The translations under genes were made by a program, and so were the position numbers. This document shows, piece after piece, positions 19,092 through 27,873 of a stretch of DNA of 64,000 nucleotides. The notes under the pieces are model-generated. The model was not told where the DNA came from. It searched no databases and was given only the letters and a program-made list of their open reading frames with translations. Within the stretch, counting starts at the first letter, position 1. The number at the start of each line of letters is the position of its first letter. Location: contig CAVWUU010000006.1 of assembly GCA_963758295.1 (NCBI GenBank), positions 64,001 through 128,000 on the forward strand, given 5' to 3'. This DNA comes from Candidatus Eremiobacteria bacterium. GTDB taxonomy: Bacteria; Vulcanimicrobiota; Vulcanimicrobiia; Vulcanimicrobiales; Vulcanimicrobiaceae.

Positions 19092-20327
19092 GTGGCGAGT
19101 TCGGGACGGCGATACGTCATCGTGGGAAACGGCTTTGCCGGTACGACCGCGGCGGAGCAGCTCCGCAAGCATGACCCGGAATGCGAAATTACTCTGTTCG
19201 GTGACGAGCCGTACCCGCTGTATAACCGGATTTCGTTGCCTCCGATGCTTCGCAAACAGATTCCAGAAGAAAAAGTGATGATGCGTGACCTCGCGTGGCA
19301 CGAGGACCACAAGATCGCGCTTAAGCTCCTAACGCGGGTCGAAACGGTGAACGTGGAAGGCTGCACCGTAGTCTCCGATGGTCAAGAGTATCCCTACGAT
19401 GCCCTGTTGCTCGCAACCGGCGGACGGCCCAATCCCACCGGGGCTCCTGGTTCAGAGGGCGCTAGGAACCTCTACAATTTCCAATACCTGGACGATACGC
19501 GGGCCATCTCCGAGCAGATCGACCGGGCCAAAGCCGCGGTTGCAATCGGCGGGTCATTCATCGCATATGAACTCGCTGAAGCGTTCGCCTCAAGAAAGAT
19601 CGAGACGCACTGGCTGATTCGCGGTCCGCGCGTGCTCCATCGCCTGCTCGATGAAGAGGCAGGCGAGCTGGTGGACGAGGCCGCCAAAGCTGACGGCGTC
19701 CATTTGCATTACGGTCAGGAAGTGGCGGAATTTGTCAGGTCCAACGGCGTAATCACCAAAGTGCGTACGAAGTCCGGTCTGGAGATCGAAGCGCAGTGCT
19801 ACGGTGCCGGATTCGGTCTTGCGATGAACACCGAACTGGTGAGCGGAACATCTATCGAGACGAGCCGGAACGGAATTCTCTGCGATGACAATCTGGAGAC
19901 GAACGTCCCCGGCGTCTTCGCGGCCGGCGACATCGCCGACTTTTTCGATCCGATCTTAGAGATGCGCTACCGCATGGGAACGTGGAACAACGCCGGCGCG
20001 CACGGCAAGGTTGCGGCCGCAAATATGATCGGTGCGAGCGAAAAGTATCACGACGTGCCGGAGTACTCTTCCCTCCTCTTCAAAGGTCAGACGATCACGC
20101 AGTTCGGCTTATCGCCGGAGCTCCAACCCGAGATCGAAGTTGCGAAGAAGACGGACATTGATAAACGTTGGTATCGCGCTTTATATTTTTGGCAAGACCG
20201 GCTCGTCGGCGGCATCATGCTTGGCAAAGGCAACCGCGCCGGTAAACGCAAGTACGTGGAAGCCATCAAAAGCAAAGAACGCTTCCCAAAAGCGCAGCGG
20301 CAAAGCATGTTGGACTGGACGGCTTGA
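19092..20327 (+). CDS. NAD(P)/FAD-dependent oxidoreductase (rubredoxin/ferredoxin reductase, NirB N-terminal-like)
   Basis: IVGNGFAG, YNRISL, LLLATGG, TNVPGVFAAGD; GTG 19092 after AAGGAG. Confidence 0.88.
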   Translation: MASSGRRYVIVGNGFAGTTAAEQLRKHDPECEITLFGDEPYPLYNRISLPPMLRKQIPEEKVMMRDLAWHEDHKIALKLLTRVETVNVEGCTVVSDGQEYPYDALLLATGGRPNPTGAPGSEGARNLYNFQYLDDTRAISEQIDRAKAAVAIGGSFIAYELAEAFASRKIETHWLIRGPRVLHRLLDEEAGELVDEAAKADGVHLHYGQEVAEFVRSNGVITKVRTKSGLEIEAQCYGAGFGLAMNTELVSGTSIETSRNGILCDDNLETNVPGVFAAGDIADFFDPILEMRYRMGTWNNAGAHGKVAAANMIGASEKYHDVPEYSSLLFKGQTITQFGLSPELQPEIEVAKKTDIDKRWYRALYFWQDRLVGGIMLGKGNRAGKRKYVEAIKSKERFPKAQRQSMLDWTA

Positions 20328-20413
20328 ATTTTCAGAAATAATTTATGCCTTTTCCGTAAAGTTGTCGTACGTTACAACCGTGGAGGAAAATCCAAAAGGA
20401 AAAGGATCTCCAA

Positions 20414-20755
20414 ATGCATCCACTCGCGTTGTCCCTGATTCTTTCGTCCACTTCAACTGTCGCGGTTTCCGCGGAAAACTGTACGCAACCGAATGTTGCC
20501 GCCTCGGTGACCGACGTGCTCTTTAGCGGTGTTCCCAGCATCGCGTCGTCCGCAGGCGAGCACGGCATCACGCAACTACGGGTAACGCTCTCTGCGAGTC
20601 CCGGGTTGCCGCAACGCGTGCTCGTCGAACGGTCGAGCGGATTCCTTGCCCTCGATAGTTTGGCCATGCAACTTGCGCGAAAGACGATGTTCCAGCCTGA
20701 AGTTCAAGGCTGCACCGCCATTGCGGGCGAGTATTTCTACGAAGTGGAGAATTGA
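20414..20755 (+). CDS. Small secreted stand-alone TonB-C-like domain protein
   Basis: Signal peptide; LRVTLSASPG....V.VERSSG..ALD..A...A....F.P. Confidence 0.7.
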   Translation: MHPLALSLILSSTSTVAVSAENCTQPNVAASVTDVLFSGVPSIASSAGEHGITQLRVTLSASPGLPQRVLVERSSGFLALDSLAMQLARKTMFQPEVQGCTAIAGEYFYEVEN

Positions 20756-20769
20756 CGCCGTCGCGTACG

Positions 20770-21246
20770 CTACGTACTGAACTGGCCGATCGTTACCGGC
20801 GAGCAAAAGCCGGTGTTGTTTTCGAGCAGAACCTGGAAAGTTTGGCCGGCGGGAAGCGTCGGTACCGATCCTGAGTAGTAGTAGTCCGATGGGAACGGAT
20901 GCGGTCCGTTCGCATCGGAAACGAGGCCGAGCTGGCCGCTCGTGATCGTGTTGCCGAAGCTTCCTTGCAAGACCAAATTCCAGCTGTTGTACGTATTGTA
21001 GAGTGAGTTCGAGCTGCCGTCGGCGACGATCGTAATGGCGCCGATGTTCGTTGGAACTCCGCTTGCATACGTCGATGGATTGGCAAGCTGGACGTTCGTG
21101 CCGGGCGCACATTGGCTGCCGTAGCCGTTGCCGTTTGGATTGGGGTTAAACGGATTCGACGAACCGCCGCCGCATGCGCTTACGGCTATTGAGAGTCCGG
21201 CTGCCGCAGCTAGATGCAAAGCCGATTTGAGAAGAGTCGATCGCAT
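20770..21246 (-). CDS. Hypothetical lipoprotein
   Basis: Lipobox VSAC followed by GGGSS; GGAGG RBS. Confidence 0.8.
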   Translation of the reverse strand: MRSTLLKSALHLAAAAGLSIAVSACGGGSSNPFNPNPNGNGYGSQCAPGTNVQLANPSTYASGVPTNIGAITIVADGSSNSLYNTYNSWNLVLQGSFGNTITSGQLGLVSDANGPHPFPSDYYYSGSVPTLPAGQTFQVLLENNTGFCSPVTIGQFST

Positions 21247-21322
21247 GGTCGTTGTGAGTGCCTCCTTGACTCCTCAACGTAACGGCAGCGCGAAAAAGTG
21301 CGCATGGTTTAGCGCTTCGCCG

Positions 21323-22381
21323 CTAAACCTGGGACGTTGCTGTGTGCTCGATGACATCGGCGAATTCATCGACGTCGCTTTCGCGCGTTGCCCAGTGCGT
21401 CATCCAGCGCACTTCGGGAAGCCGCTCGTCGAAGAGATAGAAGAAGAATCGCTCTTGGATCTTCTCGATTGCTCGCCGGTCCAGCGTTGCGAAGATCGCA
21501 TTGCAGCGAACGGTATTTGTGACACGAATGCTAGGAATCGCTTGAATGCGCGAAAGCAAACGTGCGGTCATCGCGTTGGCATGGGTAGCATACCGAAGCC
21601 AAACATCGTCCGTTAACAGCGCTTCGAATTGCGCCGCGATGTAGCGCATTTTGGATGCCAGCTGCATTGCTTGCTTGCGCGCATACGGGGCCGCGATCGC
21701 GCCGAGCTCCGGATCGAAGAAGCAAATTGCTTCGCCCGCCATCATGCCGTTTTTCGTTCCGCCGAAAGACAGCATGTCGACGCCCACATCTTTCGTCAAC
21801 TGTTTCGGCGTAAGGCTCAACGCCGCGCACGCGTTCGCTATCCGGGCGCCGTCGACGTGCACAAGCAACCCTTGGCGGTGTGCGAAGTCGCACATCTCCC
21901 GCAATTCGTCCAGCGCGTAGACGTCGCCGTATTCGGTGGATTGCGAGATCGAGACGACGCGCGGCTGGGAATGGTGCTCGTCGTGCCCACCGTGTAAATG
22001 CGCATCGAGCGCTTCGATGGTCAATTTTCCGTCAGCGGTTGCAATGGGAATCACCTTCGAGCCGGTGAAACGCTCGAATGCGCCGCATTCATCGGTCTGT
22101 AAATGAGCCGTGTCCGGACAGAGCACCGCTTCCCATGGCCGCACGACGCAGCTGAGTGCCGTAACGTTAGCGCCGGTTCCGTTGAACGTAAAGAAGACTT
22201 CCGTGTCCTTCCCGAACTGTTCCCGAAAGCGGTCCACGGCGCGCTCCGTGAACGGGTCGCGACCATAGCCGACAGCGTCGCCGGCGTTCGCGTCGATGAT
22301 GGCTTGCATGATTTCGGGCGCTACCGGGGCGTTATTGTCGCTTGCAAAACTGCGAAAAGCAGCGGCGGACTCGGTTTTCAT
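21323..22381 (-). CDS. ltaE: Low-specificity L-threonine aldolase
   Basis: FASDN, YG.D, NGTGAN, DECGA, HVDGAR.ANA, SFGGTKNG, SKMR. Confidence 0.92.
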   Translation of the reverse strand: MKTESAAAFRSFASDNNAPVAPEIMQAIIDANAGDAVGYGRDPFTERAVDRFREQFGKDTEVFFTFNGTGANVTALSCVVRPWEAVLCPDTAHLQTDECGAFERFTGSKVIPIATADGKLTIEALDAHLHGGHDEHHSQPRVVSISQSTEYGDVYALDELREMCDFAHRQGLLVHVDGARIANACAALSLTPKQLTKDVGVDMLSFGGTKNGMMAGEAICFFDPELGAIAAPYARKQAMQLASKMRYIAAQFEALLTDDVWLRYATHANAMTARLLSRIQAIPSIRVTNTVRCNAIFATLDRRAIEKIQERFFFYLFDERLPEVRWMTHWATRESDVDEFADVIEHTATSQV

Positions 22382-22394
22382 GGAAGGGGTGTTT

Positions 22395-23120
22395 ATGCCG
22401 CAAGAGCTTGCTACCTACCGGGAATTGGCGATGCGCTGGAAGGCGTTACGCGCAGACGGCAATTTTCGCGTGCGCGAAGTGGCATGTGTCGGCGCGGCGC
22501 GGACGTTGCTGTGCGTTGAAAGCGGTGAGCCGGAACAACCGGTGGTAACCCTTTCGGCAGGCATACACGGTGACGAACGGTCCGGGCCGGCTGCGTTGTT
22601 GTGGCTCGCCGAGCGCGCATTGCTTGACGAACGCTTCGCGTACCGGCTGTGGCCGTGCATTAATCCCACCGGCTACGATGCAGCCACGCGCGAATCGACT
22701 GACGGCATCGACATCAATCGCACCTTCGGCCGCGGCGGCAGTTCACCGGAATCCAAAGCCGTGATCATGGCCAATCGCGATTTCAAGTTTGTGCTCGCGA
22801 TGGATCTCCACGAAGACGGCGATGTAGAAGACTTGTACTTTTACGCGTATGGGTCGCGCACCGTCGCGGAAGCGTTGCAGGCGGAATTGCGATGCCTCTG
22901 TCTTGTGCCCGATGCGATCGCAGAGATAGAAGAGCTGGGCGGTCTCTCTTACTCGCTGCTCCTGCAGCGCAATGCCGCGCGACAAGTGTATACGTTCGAA
23001 GCTCCCGGCAGACGCGATATTTCTTTGCGAATCGAGATGCACGTGACGGCAGTGAGTGCAGCGCTCGCGTCGCTGGATTGTCAAGCCGGCGCTTCAGATT
23101 CTCAGACTACTCGCAAATGA
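22395..23120 (+). CDS. M14 family metallocarboxypeptidase (succinylglutamate desuccinylase/aspartoacylase-like)
   Basis: AGIHGDE, PCINPTG, DINR, DLHED, TFE. Confidence 0.85.
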   Translation: MPQELATYRELAMRWKALRADGNFRVREVACVGAARTLLCVESGEPEQPVVTLSAGIHGDERSGPAALLWLAERALLDERFAYRLWPCINPTGYDAATRESTDGIDINRTFGRGGSSPESKAVIMANRDFKFVLAMDLHEDGDVEDLYFYAYGSRTVAEALQAELRCLCLVPDAIAEIEELGGLSYSLLLQRNAARQVYTFEAPGRRDISLRIEMHVTAVSAALASLDCQAGASDSQTTRK

Positions 23121-23150
23121 TCATTTCAAGGTAACTCGAAACCCCCGCGC

Positions 23151-24806
23151 ATGGCACAGCGCGATCAACTGGAAGTCGACGTTCTCTTCGTCGGCGCGGG
23201 CCCGGCAAGTTTGGCGGGCGCGATTCGCCTCGGACAATTGGCCAAAGAGGCGGGCAAAGAGCTCGAAATCCTAGTCATCGAAAAAGCCGCGGAGATCGGC
23301 AACCATGGCCTTTCGGGCCTGGTCCTGGACCCGCGCGCAATCAACGAGCTGATTCCGGACTGGCAAGAACTCGGTGGCCCCGTGGAAGCCCCGGTCGGTC
23401 GCGACGAAATGTGGTTCCTCACGGCGGGCGGTAAAATCAAAGCGCCGTTCACGCCTCCTCCGCTAAACAACCACGGCAAGTTCGTGTCGTCGTTGCAGAA
23501 GCTGACGAAGTGGATGGCCTCGCAGGCGGAAGACCTCGGCATCCAAGTTTTCGGCGAATTCCCGGGACAAGAGTTGCTGTGGGAAGGCGATCGCGTCATC
23601 GGCGTGCGCACCGGCGACAAGGGCGTCGATCACAACGGCAATCCGAAAGCCAATTACGAACCGGGCGCGGATTTGCTAGCCAAGATCGTGATTCTTGGCG
23701 AAGGGCCGCGCGGCACGCTTGCAAAGCAGGCGATTCCGCGATTGAACCTGGATGCCGGAAAAGAACCGCAAGTCTATGCGGCCGGCGTCAAAGAGTTGTG
23801 GCAGCTTCCCGACGACCGTTTCGCCGCCGGGAGCGTCGTCCACACGCTGGGCTATCCGCTTCCGGCAGAAACCTTTGGCGGCGGCTTCATGTACGGCATG
23901 GCCAACAACATCTTGGACATCGGCCACGTTACGGGACTGGACTATAAGAACCCGACGACGGATCCGCACAACGAGCTGCAGCGCATGAAGCAGCATCCGG
24001 TGATTGCGAAGCTGCTCGAAGGCGGCAAAATGATTCGCTACGGCGCGAAAGCAATTCCGGAAGGCGGCTTTTTTGCGATGCCGCGTCCGTACGCCGACGG
24101 CATGATGATCGTCGGGGATTCCGCCGGCTTTCTCAATGGCATGCGTCTCAAAGGCGTGCATCTCGCAATGAAGTCCGGCATGATGGCCGCGGAAACCGCG
24201 TGGGAAGCGCTGAAAGTCGAAAAATTCGACAGCGAACAGCTCGCGTCGTTCGAAGAGCGCTTCCGCTACTCGTGGGCATACGACGAGATGCGAAGCTCCC
24301 GCAACTTTCACCAAGGGTTCGAACACGGGATGTTCGCCGGTGTGTTCAACGCCGGACTTTCCACGTTCACCGGCGGCAAAGCGTTCGGCTTCAAGGATAA
24401 GCTTTCGTCGAAACCCGGATACGAGCGTATGGAGCGTGCGGGGTATCGTCCCAAAGAAACGCCCCGAGCGAAAATCGACAACGTGCTGACGTTCGATAAA
24501 CTTACCGACGTCTACAACTCCGGAACGATTCACGAAGAAGATCAACCCTGCCATCTGAAAGTTGCCGACACCAATGTGTGTCGAGACCGCTGCACGGTCG
24601 AGTACGGAAATCCGTGCGCCTACTTCTGTCCGGCGAAAGTCTACGAACCGCTATTCGAAAAGAAAAACGGCGAAGTAGAAGGCCGGCTACAAATCAACTT
24701 CACGAACTGCGTGCACTGTAAGACGTGCGATATTGCCGATCCGTATCAAATTATTACGTGGGTGCCCCCGCAGGGAGGTGAAGGGCCGGTCTATACCGGG
24801 ATGTGA
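23151..24806 (+). CDS. Electron transfer flavoprotein-quinone oxidoreductase
   Basis: VGAGPA FAD motif, KELW, YGAKAIPEGG, KGVHLAMKSG, HEEDQPCHL, FCPAKVYE, NCVHCKTCDI, GGEGPVY. Confidence 0.95.
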   Translation: MAQRDQLEVDVLFVGAGPASLAGAIRLGQLAKEAGKELEILVIEKAAEIGNHGLSGLVLDPRAINELIPDWQELGGPVEAPVGRDEMWFLTAGGKIKAPFTPPPLNNHGKFVSSLQKLTKWMASQAEDLGIQVFGEFPGQELLWEGDRVIGVRTGDKGVDHNGNPKANYEPGADLLAKIVILGEGPRGTLAKQAIPRLNLDAGKEPQVYAAGVKELWQLPDDRFAAGSVVHTLGYPLPAETFGGGFMYGMANNILDIGHVTGLDYKNPTTDPHNELQRMKQHPVIAKLLEGGKMIRYGAKAIPEGGFFAMPRPYADGMMIVGDSAGFLNGMRLKGVHLAMKSGMMAAETAWEALKVEKFDSEQLASFEERFRYSWAYDEMRSSRNFHQGFEHGMFAGVFNAGLSTFTGGKAFGFKDKLSSKPGYERMERAGYRPKETPRAKIDNVLTFDKLTDVYNSGTIHEEDQPCHLKVADTNVCRDRCTVEYGNPCAYFCPAKVYEPLFEKKNGEVEGRLQINFTNCVHCKTCDIADPYQIITWVPPQGGEGPVYTGM

Positions 24807-24905
24807 GGGCGGCGCTACGCGCCTTTTTCGGGTCAACAAGTTTTGAAGCCGGACGAAGATGTTTGGCGGAACGTGGGGCGTCTGGCAAACGGATACAATG
24901 AGAGG

Positions 24906-26006
24906 GTGAGAGATTCGGGCGGGGATGTTGCGATCGTAGGGGCTGGGCTCATAGGGCTGGCGATAGCGTTTGAGTTGGCGAACAGAGGGGCGCAAGTTAG
25001 GGTTTACGATCGTGCCGAGCCCGGGAGGCAGGCGTCGTGGGCTGGGGCGGGGATGTTGGCGCCCTATACGGAGAGAGTCGAGAACGAAGAGCTGCTAGCG
25101 TTGTGCGCGTCATCGTTGGAAATGTATCCCCAATTCGTGGAGCGCGTGCGTGAAGCCAGTGGAGTGGATCCGCATTTACGGTTGGATGGAATAGTGAATG
25201 CGGCGTTCGATGACGAGCAAATGATGAAGCTGCGCGCGCATTGGGAAGAGTTGCACGAGCGTGGCGTTGGGTGCGAAGTGCTCGATCGGGGGCAGACGCT
25301 CGGGATAGAACCGGTGCTTGGGAAGCATGTCGTTGGAGCGTTGCTCGTTGAAGGCGAAGGGTACGTGGATAACCGGCGGTTGGGCCGCGCGTTGATTGCA
25401 GCGTGTGAGGAGCGCGGTGTGACCATCGTGCGCGATGCAAAAGATGTTGCGTTGGAATGTGACGAGCGGCGCGTGCGCGGCATTCGCAGCCATCGAGGAT
25501 TTACGGCGGCGTCGTATGTCGTTAATGCAGCGGGTGCGTGGGCGGCACAAGTGCCCGGCATGCCGGGCGGCGCGGTGCCGGAAGTCGAACCCGTCAAAGG
25601 ACAGATGCTCGCGTTGGCGGTTCCCGTTGGAATGGTCCGGCGCACGACGTGGGTGCCCGGAGCATACTTGGTGCCGCGCGATGACGGTAGACTGCTGGTC
25701 GGTGCGACCGTCGAACACGAAGGATTCGATCAACGCGTTACGGCGCGCGGCGTCGAGACGCTGTTGCGGGCTGCGCTTGCCGCGGCGCCGGCGCTCGGCG
25801 GCTTTGCTTTAACGGAAACATGGGCGGGATTGCGACCCGGCACGAAAGGTCGGATGCCCTATATTGGTGCGACTTCGGTCGAAGGTTTATTGCTCGCGAC
25901 GGGGCATTACCGGAACGGCATCTTGCTGACGCCTGCAACCGCCCGTGCGATTGCCGACGTCGTCGAAGGCGCGCCCGGTGCGGCGCCTCGAATGACGAAA
26001 GCGTGA
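24906..26006 (+). CDS. thiO: Glycine oxidase
   Basis: IVGAGLIG, ASWAGAGML, PVKGQ, YLVPR.DG, WAGLRP, GHYRNGILL; adjacent to thiS/thiG; GTG 24906. Confidence 0.93.
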   Translation: MRDSGGDVAIVGAGLIGLAIAFELANRGAQVRVYDRAEPGRQASWAGAGMLAPYTERVENEELLALCASSLEMYPQFVERVREASGVDPHLRLDGIVNAAFDDEQMMKLRAHWEELHERGVGCEVLDRGQTLGIEPVLGKHVVGALLVEGEGYVDNRRLGRALIAACEERGVTIVRDAKDVALECDERRVRGIRSHRGFTAASYVVNAAGAWAAQVPGMPGGAVPEVEPVKGQMLALAVPVGMVRRTTWVPGAYLVPRDDGRLLVGATVEHEGFDQRVTARGVETLLRAALAAAPALGGFALTETWAGLRPGTKGRMPYIGATSVEGLLLATGHYRNGILLTPATARAIADVVEGAPGAAPRMTKA

Positions 26007-26203
26007 AAACAACGGTCAACGGCAAAACGCAAGAACTGCCCGACGGGACAACCGTCGCGGCTTTGCTCGAGCTTTTGGGCGCGCCTAGAGCGGGAATCGC
26101 GGTGGCGCGAAACGATCGCGTCGTTCGCCGTGCCGACTACGAGGCGCATGCGCTCGTCGACGGCGACAAAATCGAAATCATCAAAGCAGTAGCAGGCGGT
26201 TAA
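26003..26203 (+). CDS. thiS: Sulfur carrier protein
   Basis: MKTTVNG...IAVARN...[12 protein letters not shown] with C-terminal GG; GTGA overlap with thiO. Confidence 0.95.
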   Translation: MKTTVNGKTQELPDGTTVAALLELLGAPRAGIAVARNDRVVRRADYEAHALVDGDKIEIIKAVAGG

Positions 26204-26208
26204 TCCTT

Positions 26209-26997
26209 ATGCAAGACGTTCTGAAAATCGGTACGTACGAGTTCTCCTCGCGGCTCATTGTCGGGACCGGCAAGTATCCGTCGATGGAAGTGATGCAAGC
26301 GGCACACGAAGCGAGCGGCGCCGACATGGTCACCGTCGCGATACGCCGCATCAACCTCGACGATCCAACCGGCAAGACGATGCTCGATTACATCGACCGC
26401 TCGAAGATGCGAATTCTGCCTAATACGGCCGGCTGCTACAACGCCAAAGATGCGATTCTCACGGCACAGCTCGCGCGTGAGTTGCTGGAAACCGATCTGA
26501 TCAAGCTGGAAGTCATCGGCGATCCGGATACCTTGCATCCGGATTCTGCGGAAACGTTGAAAGCGGCTGAAGCGCTCGTCGCGGACGGATTTACGGTGTT
26601 GCCGTATATCGGTGACGATCCCGTGGTGTGCAAACAGTTGGAAGAAGCCGGCTGCGTCGTCGTGATGCCGCTGGCCGCGCCGATCGGCAGCGGACTGGGT
26701 GTATGCAATCCTTATACGATTCGCATCATCAAAGAGCGTGCGCGCGTTCCGGTGATCGTGGATGCGGGCGTCGGAACGGCTTCGGATGCGGCAATCGCCA
26801 TGGAGCTCGGCGTCGACGCGCTCTTGATGAATACCGGCATTGCCGCCGCCAAAGATCCCGTGCTGATGGCGCACGCAATGAAAAACGCCGTGGTTGCCGG
26901 CCGTCAGGCGTTTCTCGCGGGCCGTATGGAGAAACGGCTTTATGCAAATGCGTCGAGTCCGATGCGCGACTTGATTGGAACCAACGCGCAGCGATGA
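26209..26997 (+). CDS. thiG: Thiazole synthase
   Basis: [44 protein letters not shown]. Confidence 0.97.
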   Translation: MQDVLKIGTYEFSSRLIVGTGKYPSMEVMQAAHEASGADMVTVAIRRINLDDPTGKTMLDYIDRSKMRILPNTAGCYNAKDAILTAQLARELLETDLIKLEVIGDPDTLHPDSAETLKAAEALVADGFTVLPYIGDDPVVCKQLEEAGCVVVMPLAAPIGSGLGVCNPYTIRIIKERARVPVIVDAGVGTASDAAIAMELGVDALLMNTGIAAAKDPVLMAHAMKNAVVAGRQAFLAGRMEKRLYANASSPMRDLIGTNAQR

Positions 26998-27314
26998 CCC
27001 GCGATATCGACGTTAATGAACTCGCGCGGTGGCGCAGCGAGGGAAAAGCCTTTATCTTGCTCGACGTTCGGGAGCCGGCCGAATTGACGGCTGCGTCGTT
27101 GCCTGACGCGTTGCATATTCCGATGCGGCAAGTGCCGCAACGCGTGGACGAACTGCCGAAAGACGAGCCGATCGCGGTGCTATGCCATCACGGCGGCCGC
27201 AGTGCGCAAGTCGCGAGCTTTCTCGCGGCGCGCGGGTTTAGCGACGTGGTGAACGTCGACGGCGGCATAGATGCCTATGCGCGCCAGATTGATGCGTCCG
27301 TTCCGCTCTACTAG
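26994..27314 (+). CDS. Single-domain rhodanese sulfurtransferase
   Basis: LLDVRE, active loop CHHGGRS, GGIDA, VPLY; ATGA overlap with thiG. Confidence 0.9.
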   Translation: MTRDIDVNELARWRSEGKAFILLDVREPAELTAASLPDALHIPMRQVPQRVDELPKDEPIAVLCHHGGRSAQVASFLAARGFSDVVNVDGGIDAYARQIDASVPLY

Positions 27315-27871
27315 CGACGCGTCAATCGCGCAAACCAGTGTACGCTGCGTTCCAGCGGCATAGTCTCATGTGCCCACGCACCCGCTATTATGTCGACATC
27401 GCGTTCTTCGAGCGATTCGATGAACCAGTCGCGCTCGAGCAGTTTCCGTAAACGCACTTCATCGTAAAAGGTGTGCGCAACGCCCCGCTCGTCGCCGTTA
27501 TGCGGAGCGAACGTGTGCGTCTCGAGGCGGTCGCCTTTGCGGTATCGCGCGTCGCGAACCGATCCGAACGTGACGTAAAAGGGTGCGCCGGGCGCGAGCC
27601 GGCCGGCGATCCGCGCGAGGACCGCCGCAATGTCCGCCGCTGAGCCATGCAATAGCGCGTGTGTAGAAATCGCGGCTGCAACCGGTTCGGATTCTTCGTC
27701 GTCGAAATCGACGACCACATGGCCGGCGCGTTCGAGCGCCGCTCGATTGCGACCGCTGCCGCGGCCGACTTCCAAAACGGGCACACCGGGGCGCTCCCGC
27801 AGGCGTTCGATCAACTCGACGGCCAGCGGGTGCGGGGGGCGGAGCGGTGCTTGCTGCGAATCAGGCGACAT
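27311..27871 (-). CDS. SAM-dependent methyltransferase-like protein
   Basis: VLEVGRGSGRN motif I, LAPGAPF; appears shortened in the middle. Confidence 0.6.
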   Translation of the reverse strand: MSPDSQQAPLRPPHPLAVELIERLRERPGVPVLEVGRGSGRNRAALERAGHVVVDFDDEESEPVAAAISTHALLHGSAADIAAVLARIAGRLAPGAPFYVTFGSVRDARYRKGDRLETHTFAPHNGDERGVAHTFYDEVRLRKLLERDWFIESLEERDVDIIAGAWAHETMPLERSVHWFARLTRR

Positions 27872-27873
27872 CT

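Noticed and set aside
24807..24905. TPP riboswitch before thiO
   Set aside because: CTGAGA and the conserved P4/P5 motifs are absent
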